Shown here piece by piece: positions 38,624 through 49,208 of a stretch of 64,000 nt of DNA. The notes under the pieces were generated by a model that made no database searches, was not told where the DNA came from, and saw only the letters and a list, made by a program, of their open reading frames with translations. The DNA comes from Minisyncoccia bacterium (GTDB lineage Bacteria > Patescibacteriota > Minisyncoccia > Phycocordibacterales > UBA9973): contig JBDHUP010000002.1 in assembly GCA_039809245.1 (NCBI GenBank), forward strand, positions 75,188-139,187. The letters are read 5' to 3'. A program made the position numbers and the translations under genes. The stretch's first letter is position 1. Each line of letters begins with the position of its first letter.

Positions 38624-39523
38624 TTACAATGGCTTCGCCTTTTTGATCAATAATCGCCCTGTTACTTCTCTAATAGTATCTTTATTATCTGTAATAATAA
38701 GACTGTTTTTATCTGCAAATATGTAATATAGGATTTCATTACTTCTTCTGTCGGTTAAAATGCGAGCATCTTTATTGTCGATAATAATGTCCCCCCACGG
38801 TTTTTCAAGTAGTTTATTATTATCACCAGTTACATCTATGTTAAATATTGCAAACATATTATCAAGTAAGGTTTTCTCCCAAGTTAGCATTCCAGCGTAT
38901 GAGATATTGTAGTCTTTTGTTTGTATAACAATAAAAAGATGTTGTCTACTATCTCCTGCTGGTTTGTAAGTACCGATCATGTATTCATCATTAAATGAAC
39001 GGATTAGTGATGCAGGAGCTGTTACCTTAATCAAAGAGAACAAATCAGAAAGAGGTAGTAATTCCTGCTTTTCATTTACTAGGTGTGTTAGGAATATCGC
39101 TTTCACTTTTCCTTCATCTAACTCATTATTAGTCTCTGTTTTGATTAATGAAGCTATATCATTTACATTAAGCGCACCACTTGCATCTATAAATACCTGA
39201 TCATCGTAAGAGATAACCGATTCTATGTTTTTGGTGATTTGGGTAACGACATTCTGAGCTTCTTTCTTCTTTTTGATAAAGTATATTCCACCAACAGCTA
39301 GTCCAATAATTATCAGACCGCCGAGGAAAAGGAAAACCTTCGATGTTTTGGTTACCTGAGCTTCTTTATAGACTTCTTCTTGTTCATGCTTCTTCTGTTC
39401 AGCAAGTGCCACTTTTATAACTGATGCTTCGTTCATTCGAACAGCATCAGCCATATCTGAAGAATATGTATGAATGGTTTTTATATTCTCGGTAATATTA
39501 TTTTTTATTTCTTTTTCATCCAT
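38624..39523 (-). CDS. Hypothetical membrane protein (single central TM)
   Basis: TM VFLFLGGLIIIGLAVGGIYFI. Confidence 0.4.
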   Translation of the reverse strand: MDEKEIKNNITENIKTIHTYSSDMADAVRMNEASVIKVALAEQKKHEQEEVYKEAQVTKTSKVFLFLGGLIIIGLAVGGIYFIKKKKEAQNVVTQITKNIESVISYDDQVFIDASGALNVNDIASLIKTETNNELDEGKVKAIFLTHLVNEKQELLPLSDLFSLIKVTAPASLIRSFNDEYMIGTYKPAGDSRQHLFIVIQTKDYNISYAGMLTWEKTLLDNMFAIFNIDVTGDNNKLLEKPWGDIIIDNKDARILTDRRSNEILYYIFADKNSLIITDNKDTIREVTGRLLIKKAKPL

Positions 39524-39531
39524 TTCTTATA

Positions 39532-41655
39532 CTAAACCTTTGGTTTGAAGAAATTGTTGTCTGCTTCTTTGATTGAAAGATTAAGACGACCTTTTTCATC
39601 AACCTTAATTATTTTAACAGGCACAATGTCTCCTTCTTTAAGAATATCAGAAACTTTCTCAACACGAAATGGTGCAATCTCAGATACATGGACTAAGCCT
39701 TCAGTTCCACTTGCGATTCGAACGAATGCCCCGAAGTCCATTAGTTTTACTACGACACCTTCTGCAGTGTCTCCAACTGCATACTCATGAGTCATATCTT
39801 CGATAATTTTCTTTGCTTTTTCTGCCCCACCATTCTTACCTGTTACAAAAACTGTTCCATCTTCTTCAATAGTTATTTCTGCTCCGGTTGCTTCTCTGAT
39901 TGCATTTACATTTTTACCCCCTGGACCTATAACCATACCAATCTGATCTTTCTTTATCTTTACTACTAGAATCATTGGAGCATTTGGAGAGATAGATTTT
40001 CTTGGCTCAGCAATTTCTTTTGTTATTGTCTCTAGAATTTTTAATCGAGCTTCCTTTGCTTTTCCTAAAGCTTCTTTAAGAATGTTTGGGTTTATCCCAT
40101 CTACTTTTACATCTAGTTGTATTGCAGTAATACCATCTTTTGTTCCTGCCACTTTGAAGTCCATATCACCATAATGATCTTCAGGTCCTTGGATATCTGA
40201 AAGCAACACATACTTATTTTTATCTTTTGTATCGATCATGGCTCCAATTGAAATTCCTGCTACTGGAGTTTTAATAGGCACTCCTCCATCCATAAGAGCT
40301 ACAGTCGATGCACAGATTGATGCTTGAGAAGTAGAACCATTTGAAGCAACAGATTCAGAAACGACACGTATTGTATAAGGGAATGAAACTTTATCAGGGA
40401 TAACAGGAGTTAATGCTTTCTCGGCTAAGAATCCGTGACCCATTTCTCTACGATTAAGTCCACCGACTCTTCCAGTCTCTCCACTTGAGTATGGAGGGAA
40501 ATTGTAGTGATGCATAAAGCGTTTCTTCGCTGAGAATTCTACTGCGTCTATTGTTTGCATTGCATCAGGTCCACCTAGAGTAAGGACTGATAGAACATGA
40601 GTTTCTCCTCGATAGAATATTCCAGAACCGTGAAGCACATCTGAGATTCCCCCAGCTTTAGCATATAGACCACGGATCTCATCTAGAGCTCTTCCGTCGG
40701 CACGTACTCCTTTTATAAGAGCTGCACTGTGAAACGCATTATCGAGATAGTGATGCATATAATCCTCTGCTAGGTGCTTATCCTTCTCTTCATCTACTGT
40801 ATACTTCTCATCTACTATACTTTTCCAGAGAGCTTCTGCTTCATGAGTGACATTCTTACCATCATTACTGAATAACCTTTCATCGAGCATAGGTTTAACC
40901 TTTTCTTCAAAGAGGGCGATAACTTCAGTAGGAGTCTCTGGTTTTTCAAATAACATCTTTTCCTTACCTAATTCTTTTCTTAACTTATCTTGAAAGTCTT
41001 CCCACTTTGTGATTTCTGCTACCGCCATATCGAAGCACTTACCCATCTCCTCATCAGATAATTCGAAAGCCATAGCCTCAATCATATTAATAGTTTGTTC
41101 TTTACCACATACAAGTAAATCGAGTTCGTATACCGCCTCATCAGAATTTGGAATGTAGTCATTTATCTTTATGCTCTGGTCTTGTTTTGTTTTACTTATA
41201 TGTACTGCCCCAACTGGTCCACCCCAAGGTATATCTGATACATGAAGAGCAATTGAAGCAGCGTTAATAGCCAGAGTTTTTGGATCTGCATTTCCAATAG
41301 CGATAGTTGTGATTATAACTTGAACTGCGTTTTTGATACTTTGATCGAAAAGCGGGCGAATAGTTCTGTCTGTTACACGAGCAGCGAGTATTGCTTGATC
41401 AGAAGGTCTACCTTCTCTTCGCATAAACTGACTACCGAGAATTTTACCTGTAGCATAAAACTTCTCTAAGTACTCAACTGTTAAATTAAAGAATCCAGGA
41501 TTCTTACTCCCATCTGCTGATATCACAGCAGTAGCCATAACGACAGTCCCATCACATTTAAGGATGACTGAGCCGTTGGCTTGATCTGCTAAATCACTAA
41601 AAACTGCGGTAATTTTCTTACCACCGATTTCTACTTCGAATTCACGTTCTTGCAT
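39532..41655 (-). CDS. pnp: Polyribonucleotide nucleotidyltransferase (PNPase)
   Basis: Two RNase PH domains, KH (GPGGKNVNAIRE), C-terminal S1. Confidence 0.9.
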   Translation of the reverse strand: MQEREFEVEIGGKKITAVFSDLADQANGSVILKCDGTVVMATAVISADGSKNPGFFNLTVEYLEKFYATGKILGSQFMRREGRPSDQAILAARVTDRTIRPLFDQSIKNAVQVIITTIAIGNADPKTLAINAASIALHVSDIPWGGPVGAVHISKTKQDQSIKINDYIPNSDEAVYELDLLVCGKEQTINMIEAMAFELSDEEMGKCFDMAVAEITKWEDFQDKLRKELGKEKMLFEKPETPTEVIALFEEKVKPMLDERLFSNDGKNVTHEAEALWKSIVDEKYTVDEEKDKHLAEDYMHHYLDNAFHSAALIKGVRADGRALDEIRGLYAKAGGISDVLHGSGIFYRGETHVLSVLTLGGPDAMQTIDAVEFSAKKRFMHHYNFPPYSSGETGRVGGLNRREMGHGFLAEKALTPVIPDKVSFPYTIRVVSESVASNGSTSQASICASTVALMDGGVPIKTPVAGISIGAMIDTKDKNKYVLLSDIQGPEDHYGDMDFKVAGTKDGITAIQLDVKVDGINPNILKEALGKAKEARLKILETITKEIAEPRKSISPNAPMILVVKIKKDQIGMVIGPGGKNVNAIREATGAEITIEEDGTVFVTGKNGGAEKAKKIIEDMTHEYAVGDTAEGVVVKLMDFGAFVRIASGTEGLVHVSEIAPFRVEKVSDILKEGDIVPVKIIKVDEKGRLNLSIKEADNNFFKPKV

Positions 41656-41819
41656 ATATTATTAGGCTAATCCCCAGACCCTAGTTTTGAAACACTGTAT
41701 TATATGGTTTCAACTCTATCCGTCTGGAGAATAACAACTTGTTACTTATTAATACTTAAAGCATAGCAGAAATTGCTGGTTTTTTAAAGTTTAAAATATT
41801 TAATATAAAAAATGTTATT

Positions 41820-43202
41820 ATGTGGATTATGTCATCAAATGAACCTAAACTTACAGTTTCTGGCTACAGAGGAATATGGGGAGAAAGTCTAACCGTGCCT
41901 ATAGCCATACAATATGCAGTGGCTTATATAAAATCCATTAAAGAAAAAGCAAATCATCCACTGACTATTTTAATTGGTCGTGATGGAAGAGAAAGTGGTT
42001 TCCAAATAGTCGAGGAAATAGAAAAAGAATTAAAAAAATTAGGAGTAATTTGTATTAATGGAGACATCCTTCCGACTCCTACAGTTCTCTTTGCTGTACG
42101 TAAGCATTCATACGATGGTGCCATCATTGTAACTGCTAGTCATAATCCTATAGAATACAATGGATTAAAATTTGTAAATGAGAACGGCCTATTTATAGAT
42201 GGAGATCAAGTTAAAAGAGTAAAGAAATATTTTGATGATAAAGAGGAATATAAAACAGAGGATATTAAAAAAAATGAAAATAGTATAAAACCAGATTTTA
42301 TAAAAGAACACGTAGATCAAATAATAAAAAATATTAATTCAGAAAAAATAAAATCACGAAAATTTAAAATTGCAGTCGATATGATTAACGCATCGGCATG
42401 CTTGGAAGATGAATATTTATTTAATCAATTAGGTGTTGAGCTTATTTCTCTTAATAATATTCCTAATGGAAAATTTGCTCATAAACCAGAACCATTAAAA
42501 GAAAATCTATCTGAGATTGCTAAACTTGTGAAAGATTCTGATTGTGATATCGGTTTTGCTCAAGATCCTGACGCAGACCGGCTTGTTGTAGTTGATGAAC
42601 ACGGAGAAATTCTTTCAGAAGAATATACCCTTGCTCTTGGTGTCGAAGCAGTGTTGTCAAAATATAGATCTCTTCCAAGAGAAAGTAAGGTTGTGGTTAT
42701 AAATATGTCTACGTCTCAAATGAATGTTGATATTGCGAAATCTTATGATGGAATTTGTATAAGGACTAAAGTAGGTGAAGCCAATGTTGTTCAAGGGATA
42801 AAAGATAATAATGCAATTATTGGTGGTGAAGGTGGAGGTGGAATAATATACCCTGCTATAAATACAGCACGAGATAGCTTCACAAGTATGGCACTCATCT
42901 TAGAATTACTAGCAGAAAGAAATCAAACTATATCCGAAGTTGCCGGCTCACTTCCTAGATATGAAGTCAGGAAAGATAAGATGTCTATAAAAAGTGATAT
43001 ACAGAAAATATATAATGAAATTAAACTAAACTTTAATAATGCGCAGATAAATGAACTCGATGGTTTGAGATTAGATTTCAGTGATAATTCTTGGATTCAT
43101 CTACGTCCTTCAAATACAGAACCAATACTTCGCCTAATCGGTGAAGCGAAAACAAAAGATAGACTCGATGAGTTATTTGAAGAAGTAAAATTATTTTTAT
43201 AA
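41820..43202 (+). CDS. glmM: Phosphoglucosamine/phosphohexose mutase
   Basis: Active-site TASHNP, alpha-D-phosphohexomutase domain layout. Confidence 0.75.
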   Translation: MWIMSSNEPKLTVSGYRGIWGESLTVPIAIQYAVAYIKSIKEKANHPLTILIGRDGRESGFQIVEEIEKELKKLGVICINGDILPTPTVLFAVRKHSYDGAIIVTASHNPIEYNGLKFVNENGLFIDGDQVKRVKKYFDDKEEYKTEDIKKNENSIKPDFIKEHVDQIIKNINSEKIKSRKFKIAVDMINASACLEDEYLFNQLGVELISLNNIPNGKFAHKPEPLKENLSEIAKLVKDSDCDIGFAQDPDADRLVVVDEHGEILSEEYTLALGVEAVLSKYRSLPRESKVVVINMSTSQMNVDIAKSYDGICIRTKVGEANVVQGIKDNNAIIGGEGGGGIIYPAINTARDSFTSMALILELLAERNQTISEVAGSLPRYEVRKDKMSIKSDIQKIYNEIKLNFNNAQINELDGLRLDFSDNSWIHLRPSNTEPILRLIGEAKTKDRLDELFEEVKLFL

Positions 43203-43281
43203 AATTTTTGGATTTGACAGATCTAGTTTTGTGTAATAGAATGATGGTCAACAAGATTTTTTAAAAATTAAAACAACGCAT

Positions 43282-44037
43282 ATGAAAAAGTTAATAGTTC
43301 CTAGTTCTACAGCAACACTAACTACGGTGGAAGTTGCTTTCAATGAATACAAGTATGTTGAACCTGAAAGTCTCCATTCTTTTAATGAAGATTACAAAAA
43401 GATTTTTCCAGCTTTAGCACAATTTATTAACCAAAGTCAGGGTAAAATTGTTTCTATTCCTGTTGGAAGAATACAAAACGACGGATCTTTTAAAACTAAG
43501 ATCCTTAATGGCCAGGTTTGTGAAGTTGGGGAAAATAACTTTTTCTTCAAAACCAAAGAGGATTTGAGCAGTGTTTATGATCATCCTGCTAAAATTTTGA
43601 TAAGGTTAGATAATGCCCTAGGCATGATTCCCCTTCATCCAGATTACCCGGATATGAACCCCCTGACAGTTAATATAAGGGAGTTCAGAAGCTACTTTAA
43701 GGCCCTCACTGGAATGAGGAACTTGCTGGCCGGCTGCATAGGCACTGAACATGCCCTCACTCTGTATTACAGATACAGCAAGAAAAATTCTAATTTCCGT
43801 AAAGGAGGTTATCGTTCAGAGGGTGAAGTATTGGAGGTAAATAAATCGAATATTGTTTACAACCACATGCGTACATTCACACATATACCTGGCCAACTGG
43901 TTTATGATTATGTAGATATGCGTCCACGTATAGAAACTGACCGTTTTGTTGCCCCGGATCGCTATCTTAGCAGAGTTGTTGTAATTTTGGGAACAAAGCA
44001 TGAGATAAATGTTCATGCTGACAATGATGAAAATTAA
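43282..44037 (+). CDS. Hypothetical protein. The 3' two-thirds (approx. 43560-43990) is markedly GC-richer than its surroundings
   Basis: ORF track. Local GC ~48% versus ~34% background, with atypical codons (CCC, CTG, GGC, GCC). Confidence 0.4.
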   Translation: MKKLIVPSSTATLTTVEVAFNEYKYVEPESLHSFNEDYKKIFPALAQFINQSQGKIVSIPVGRIQNDGSFKTKILNGQVCEVGENNFFFKTKEDLSSVYDHPAKILIRLDNALGMIPLHPDYPDMNPLTVNIREFRSYFKALTGMRNLLAGCIGTEHALTLYYRYSKKNSNFRKGGYRSEGEVLEVNKSNIVYNHMRTFTHIPGQLVYDYVDMRPRIETDRFVAPDRYLSRVVVILGTKHEINVHADNDEN

Positions 44038-44045
44038 AGTAGAAT

Positions 44046-44087
44046 TTAACAGGTCAAAGCCTCCGCAGTTATGTGGAGGCTTTTTTA
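44046..44087 (+). terminator. Intrinsic terminator
   Basis: aaagcctccgcagttatgtggaggcttttttatt. Confidence 0.6.
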
Positions 44088-44108
44088 TTAAATATTTTTA
44101 AAATTTTT

Positions 44109-44639
44109 CTATCTTCCCCCTATCAAATATTTCTGTGGACTTAGAGAAAGATCTAAGAAGTCGTCGGCGGCTTCTTTAAGTTTCATTGAGGATGATTTAC
44201 CGAAGGATACGACTTCTACTTGGATACCAGATGTACCTTGTAAGTATTCTACGAGAGGAATAAAATCTCCATCACCGGCGACAAGGACGATAGCATCGAG
44301 TTTTGGAGCCATCTTCATAGCATCTACGGCTATTCCGACATCCCAGTCACCCTTCTTAGCTCCCCCTGAGAATATCTGAAGTTCTTTTGTTTTTGTTTCT
44401 ATTCCGAGTTTAGTCAGCGCATCGAAGAAATTCTTCTCCTCCCCTCCTTCTGAGGTTATAACGTAAGCGACTGCACGGACGAGTTTACGTCCAGCTACAG
44501 CGTCTTTGAGGACTGCTCCGAAATTGACTTTCCTTTTGTATAGATTCTTAGCGCTATGGTAGAGGTTCGATGTATCTATGAATACCCCGACTCTCTGTTC
44601 TTTATGTTTGATTATGCTCATATGTATATATTGTATCAA
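44109..44639 (-). CDS. NYN/LabA-like (PIN-like) domain protein
   Basis: VGVFIDTSNLYHS...VLVAGDGDFIPLV. Confidence 0.65.
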   Translation of the reverse strand: MIQYIHMSIIKHKEQRVGVFIDTSNLYHSAKNLYKRKVNFGAVLKDAVAGRKLVRAVAYVITSEGGEEKNFFDALTKLGIETKTKELQIFSGGAKKGDWDVGIAVDAMKMAPKLDAIVLVAGDGDFIPLVEYLQGTSGIQVEVVSFGKSSSMKLKEAADDFLDLSLSPQKYLIGGR

Positions 44640-44667
44640 AACAAAATGCCCCTTGCGAGGCAGTTTG

Positions 44668-44926
44668 TTATGCTTTTATTGTCTTAAGTTGCGCTGCGTG
44701 TCTACTCTTATCTTTCTTTTCAAGATATTTAAGATGACTTCTTCGATCAGCGACCATCTTTATAAGGCCACGTCGAGAATGATTATCCTTCTTGTGTTCC
44801 TTTAAGTGAGATGCGAGTTCGTCGATTTTCTTACTTAAGATAGCGATCTGAACTTCAGGAGATCCTGTATCTTTGTCGTGAATCTGGCTCTTCTTTATAA
44901 TTATTTGCTTTTTCTTTGTTGTTAAC
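44668..44926 (-). CDS. rpsO: 30S ribosomal protein S15 (start probably at MLTTKKK, internal to the track ORF)
   Basis: [37 protein letters not shown]15 signature. Confidence 0.85.
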
Positions 44927-45097
44927 ATGTGCCTATATACTAGCACATATTGGAAAAAATTGCAAGACCCCCTCTATTTGACCACCCTACCCCTTTGTGG
45001 TAGTTTGAAGTAAATATTGTTAGATTGATCTGCTGCCTTTGTGCCTCAAAAGACTCAAAGATAACAGATCAATTTTTAAAAATTCTAAATTTTAGTC

Positions 45098-45565
45098 ATG
45101 AAAAGTTTAAAAAGTTTTTTCCCTGGATTTGCGTTAGCAAGTTCAGACTTTAGAAAAGTTACAAAAGATAACGCAACTTATCTTGCAGCTTTGGTCCCTT
45201 GGATAAATTTTATTTTTCTCACTGAATGTGGTGAAGGGAATGATTTTATGCCAGGACTGCGGTTTGTAAATGCAGAAGTTTATTTTGAAACTGAAGATGA
45301 ATACGTCTGGAGGGTCTATAAAGAGAAGTTTCAGAATGAATTTTCGTGGTTACTTGATTCCACAAAGGAACAGTTTGAAAAATATTTCTTCAATCCTGGG
45401 GAGATGAGCCAGTTTAAAGTTGAGACCGGCAAAGAGTTTGCCTATAGCAAATTCAGAATTAAGGTTAAAAAAATTATTCTGGTGCGATCGGAGCCCTTCG
45501 TTCACCAAAATGCATTAACTGAATCAGAAACGGTTACTAAGTTTAATTCATTAAAAGGAATCTGA
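45098..45565 (+). CDS. Hypothetical protein
   Basis: ORF track only. Confidence 0.3.
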   Translation: MKSLKSFFPGFALASSDFRKVTKDNATYLAALVPWINFIFLTECGEGNDFMPGLRFVNAEVYFETEDEYVWRVYKEKFQNEFSWLLDSTKEQFEKYFFNPGEMSQFKVETGKEFAYSKFRIKVKKIILVRSEPFVHQNALTESETVTKFNSLKGI

Positions 45566-45662
45566 TTTTCTACAAAGGCTAGCTATAACCGCGTAGTTTA
45601 TAGCTAGCCTTTTATTGTTCTGTTGATAACTTTAGTTGACTAAAGTACTTTAGTTTGATAAA

Positions 45663-46013
45663 GTGGACTATATGGAGATTAATTGGAATAAAAAAGAAAA
45701 TAATCAGTTTTTAAATGCTATCTTAGCAATAGAATCAAAAGAAGAGGCTAAGTTTTTTCTGCGCGATCTTATGACTGAAAGCGAAATTATAGAGTTTGGT
45801 AAGCGCCTTGAAGCTGCTCGCCTACTCTCTCGCAATACTCAGTACACTGCGATCATTGAGCTCACCGGCCTTTCTTCTACTACTGTTGCCCGTATTTCTA
45901 AATGGCTTAAAGGCTCGCTAGGAGGTTATCGCCTTATTCTTGGACGTCTAGCAAATATGCATCATCACAATTCTATCAAACTTGGGAAAGGATTGTCTTT
46001 GAAGCGTACGTAA
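45663..46013 (+). CDS. TrpR-like YerC/YecD-family DNA-binding protein
   Basis: ...IIELTGLSSTTVARISKWLKGS.GGY HTH segment, ~100 aa. Confidence 0.5.
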   Translation: MDYMEINWNKKENNQFLNAILAIESKEEAKFFLRDLMTESEIIEFGKRLEAARLLSRNTQYTAIIELTGLSSTTVARISKWLKGSLGGYRLILGRLANMHHHNSIKLGKGLSLKRT

Positions 46014-46114
46014 ATTCTACAACTCGAAACCAACCCTCTCTTAAGTTTACTTGAGAGAGGGTTTTGTGTTGTGCAAAGCTCTAACAAAATTTTGTACATT
46101 TAAAATTTAATAAA

Positions 46115-46318
46115 ATGGAAAAAGAATGTAAAAAATCCCCCAACCATATTCATGTTTGGAGTGAACCTCGATTTGAAGATTCAATTGATAAAAATCGTTC
46201 TGATGAAATTAAATGGCACTGCATTTTTTGCTTTTTACAAGTAGTAAAAACCTATGATGATATGATTATGGAAACAAATGATTCACGAATTGTAGACTTT
46301 GGAAGGAAGAATCCATAA
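46115..46318 (+). CDS. Small hypothetical protein (67 aa)
   Basis: ORF followed by the terminator at 46346-46369. Confidence 0.35.
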   Translation: MEKECKKSPNHIHVWSEPRFEDSIDKNRSDEIKWHCIFCFLQVVKTYDDMIMETNDSRIVDFGRKNP

Positions 46319-46345
46319 ATAAATGATTCAAATAGTTTGCCTAAT

Positions 46346-46369
46346 AAAAACCCTTTTTAAGGGTTTTTT
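46346..46369 (+). terminator. Intrinsic terminator
   Basis: aaaaaccctttttaagggtttttt. Confidence 0.65.
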
Positions 46370-46385
46370 CCATGTGCTATAATTA

Positions 46386-47315
46386 TTGTACGACATTATG
46401 GCAACCCGACTCGACCAATTAAAAAGAGAATTCCTTGAGCATGTAGAAATAGAGAAAGGAAATAGTTTAAAGACGGTGAACAACTATGATCACTACCTAA
46501 CTCGCTTTTTTGAATTTGCGAAAATTACTGATCCGAAAGATATCACCGATGATAAAATTCGTGAGTTCCGTTTATATTTGAATCGCCAACCAGGAGTGAA
46601 AATTCGTGGACAGCAAGCAAGTACACTGAAGAAGAATACTCAGAATTATCATCTTATCGCTCTTCGTTCATTCCTTAAATATATGATGAAGCGCGATGTA
46701 AAATCTTTAGCCCCAGATCGCATTGAACTTGCCAAGATTAAAGAGCGCTCACTAGACCTGATCTCTTCCGATGAACTTGGTCGGTTGCTCGGTGCCCCAG
46801 ATCTTTCTAATCCGAAAGGTTTAAGAGATAAAGCACTGCTTGAATTATTTTTCTCTACAGGGCTTCGTCTCTCTGAGCTCTGTTCTCTAGACCGCGACAT
46901 CGATTTATCGAAAGATGAATTTTCTATTCGTGGTAAAGGAGAAAAGGTTCGAGTCGTTTTTCTTTCCGATTCTGCCAAAGATGCAATACGTGCATACTTG
47001 AAAGCTAGGAAAGATTTAGATGAACCACTGTTTATCCAATACTCACGCAATGGAGCCAAAGGCAACCGATTAACACCTAGGTCTATCGAGCGAATCGTGA
47101 AGTTCTATGCAATTAAAGCAGGAATTTCAAAAAAGGTTACCCCTCACGTCATTCGCCACTCATTCGCCACTGATTTACTATCAAATGGCGCCGACATACG
47201 TTCGGTGCAGATGATGCTCGGCCATGCCAATATCGCTACAACTCAGATTTATACTCACATCACTGACAAGCAACTTCGTGATGTACATAAAAAGTTTCAC
47301 AGTAAAGGAAAGTAA
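46386..47315 (+). CDS. xerD: Tyrosine recombinase XerC/XerD
   Basis: R...HxxR...Y catalytic C-terminus HVIRHSFATDLL...LGHANIATTQIYTH. Confidence 0.85.
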   Translation: MYDIMATRLDQLKREFLEHVEIEKGNSLKTVNNYDHYLTRFFEFAKITDPKDITDDKIREFRLYLNRQPGVKIRGQQASTLKKNTQNYHLIALRSFLKYMMKRDVKSLAPDRIELAKIKERSLDLISSDELGRLLGAPDLSNPKGLRDKALLELFFSTGLRLSELCSLDRDIDLSKDEFSIRGKGEKVRVVFLSDSAKDAIRAYLKARKDLDEPLFIQYSRNGAKGNRLTPRSIERIVKFYAIKAGISKKVTPHVIRHSFATDLLSNGADIRSVQMMLGHANIATTQIYTHITDKQLRDVHKKFHSKGK

Positions 47316-47331
47316 TATACAATAATACGAT

Positions 47332-48126
47332 ATGAAAATAATATCTTGGAATGTAAATGGAATAAGGGCGGTACATAAGAAAAACCTTTTCGTGCCTTTT
47401 GTGAAGAAGTACAAGCCAGATATTATTTGTCTTCAGGAAACGAAAGCCGAACAACACCAGAGTGAAGTTGATCTACCAGACTATGAAGAGTATTGGAATT
47501 CAGCTACTCGCAAGGGTTACAGTGGTACAGCTATTTTTACAAAAACGAAACCCATTTCTATCTTGCTCGATATTCCGAAAGATATCGCTAAGAAATTTAA
47601 ATTAACTGCTGATGAGTACGGCGATGCAAATGCTGAGGGCCGAGTCATCGCAGCTGAATTTAAAGATTTCTATATAGTTACAGTTTATACTCCGAACGCC
47701 AAAGACGATCTCTCTCGTGTTCCTCTTAGGCATAAAGTCTGGGACAGAGCCTTCCTTGCTTATATGCAAATGCTTGAGAAAAAGAAGCCAGTTATATTTT
47801 GTGGTGATTTGAATGTTGCACATACTCCGGATGATCTTGCTCGACCGAAAGAGAATGTGGGTAAGAAAGGATTTACAGATGAAGAACGCGAAGGCTTCCA
47901 GAATTTCGTTGATGCTGGATTTGTAGATACATTCAGAATGTTCACCAAAGGTAATGGTCACTATACTTGGTGGAGTCATTTTGCTGGTGCACGGGCTCGG
48001 AACGTCGGCTGGAGGATAGACTACTTCCTTGTATCATCTAAATTAAAATCAAAAGTAAAAAGCGCAAAAATTCTCCCCGATGTCATGGGCTCTGACCACT
48101 GCCCTATTTTACTTGAATTGAAGTAA
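47332..48126 (+). CDS. xth: Exodeoxyribonuclease III (AP endonuclease)
   Basis: MKIISWNVNGIRA..., QETK, C-terminal SDHCP. Confidence 0.85.
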   Translation: MKIISWNVNGIRAVHKKNLFVPFVKKYKPDIICLQETKAEQHQSEVDLPDYEEYWNSATRKGYSGTAIFTKTKPISILLDIPKDIAKKFKLTADEYGDANAEGRVIAAEFKDFYIVTVYTPNAKDDLSRVPLRHKVWDRAFLAYMQMLEKKKPVIFCGDLNVAHTPDDLARPKENVGKKGFTDEEREGFQNFVDAGFVDTFRMFTKGNGHYTWWSHFAGARARNVGWRIDYFLVSSKLKSKVKSAKILPDVMGSDHCPILLELK

Positions 48127-48214
48127 TTTGTTTTTTCACTTTTATATGTTAGATTAAGTTCGAATGATAAGAAGAATTTTAATTAAGATAATTGCGGTTA
48201 TAGTAATCATAATT

Positions 48215-48348
48215 ATTAGCCTGGTCTTGGAGTCTAACTCCAAGAGTGACTTACCACCAATGGCCAAGATGGCCATTGGTGCAGGGCATTAAAACGGTAT
48301 CACCCCGAATGGTGACAGATCTGCTATCGCAGATCTTTTTTTATTTTG
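48215..48348 (+). ncRNA. Candidate small structured RNA: three hairpins (including a perfect 12-bp stem at 48254-48280) ending in an intrinsic terminator
   Basis: cttggagt-cta-actccaag, caccaatggcca-aga-tggccattggtg, tcacc-ccgaat-ggtga, agatctgc-tatc-gcagatct+TTTTTTT. Confidence 0.3.
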
Positions 48349-48397
48349 TAACTAAAATTTAGAATGTTATAATAGATATGAAATAAAAACCTCGATT

Positions 48398-48742
48398 ATG
48401 AAAAAGAATCACCACATTCCAGTGGCATTCAGAATGCCAGAAGTAATTCAATTTTTAACCCGTTCTGACTACAATGTAGAAGAACAAATAAAAAACCTAA
48501 AAATAGAACATAATCATTTGAAAGACAAATATTTTGAAATAATTGAAAAATCTCGTTTTCCGAGGATTCAACTAGTGGCATTATCAAAAGAGTACAACCA
48601 GTTACTTATTGATACTTGCCAATTTGCTTCTGTTAATGAACATACCCCGTATATCTCCATAATTAGAGAAATCTATACAGTTGTGGAGGCAACAATGTTT
48701 GCTATATGGAGGTATATGTACAGTAAAAATTACTGCTCATAA
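48398..48742 (+). CDS. Hypothetical protein
   Basis: ORF track only. Confidence 0.3.
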   Translation: MKKNHHIPVAFRMPEVIQFLTRSDYNVEEQIKNLKIEHNHLKDKYFEIIEKSRFPRIQLVALSKEYNQLLIDTCQFASVNEHTPYISIIREIYTVVEATMFAIWRYMYSKNYCS

Positions 48743-48783
48743 ATCCATGTCTAAAATATAAAATAGTCAGGTTAACCACCTGG

Positions 48784-49143
48784 CTATTTTTTAATTATTC
48801 GAGCGTGGCGACGAATATGTGTACCCCAATGTGGCTTCTGGAAACGCTTGTATATTTTTGCAAAATCTTTTGTTTTATAAATTATGATAAATTTATCTCG
48901 GTATGTTAGACCTTGGATTGTAGATCCAATAAGAATTCCAATTATAGTAGGTGCTTCCATTTTAAAATAGAACATAAAAATTAAAATTAACCCGGTCCAG
49001 ATATAGTGGTGAATGTGAATACTGTACTCTCCTACTTTAAAAAACAACCCATTTTCCTTTTTGTGCCCTTCATAATGTCCTGACACATGTGAAGAGATCA
49101 TGAATCCTAATATAGAACCGATAATGATTAAAATAGTTTGCAT
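48784..49143 (-). CDS. Hypothetical membrane protein (3 TM, His-rich loop)
   Basis: ORF track, hydrophobic segments. Confidence 0.35.
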   Translation of the reverse strand: MQTILIIIGSILGFMISSHVSGHYEGHKKENGLFFKVGEYSIHIHHYIWTGLILIFMFYFKMEAPTIIGILIGSTIQGLTYRDKFIIIYKTKDFAKIYKRFQKPHWGTHIRRHARIIKK

Positions 49144-49208
49144 AAAATTTATTCTATTATAAATATAGCATTTAATTTGAATTGTGAGATAATAATTATA
49201 TAAAATTT

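Noticed and set aside
46386-47315. XerC/D recombinase as a marker of an integrated mobile element (with the nearby tRNA cluster)
   Set aside because: It is a single Xer-type recombinase flanked by housekeeping genes (xth). There are no direct repeats or phage/ICE genes. Most likely the chromosomal dimer-resolution xerD/xerC.
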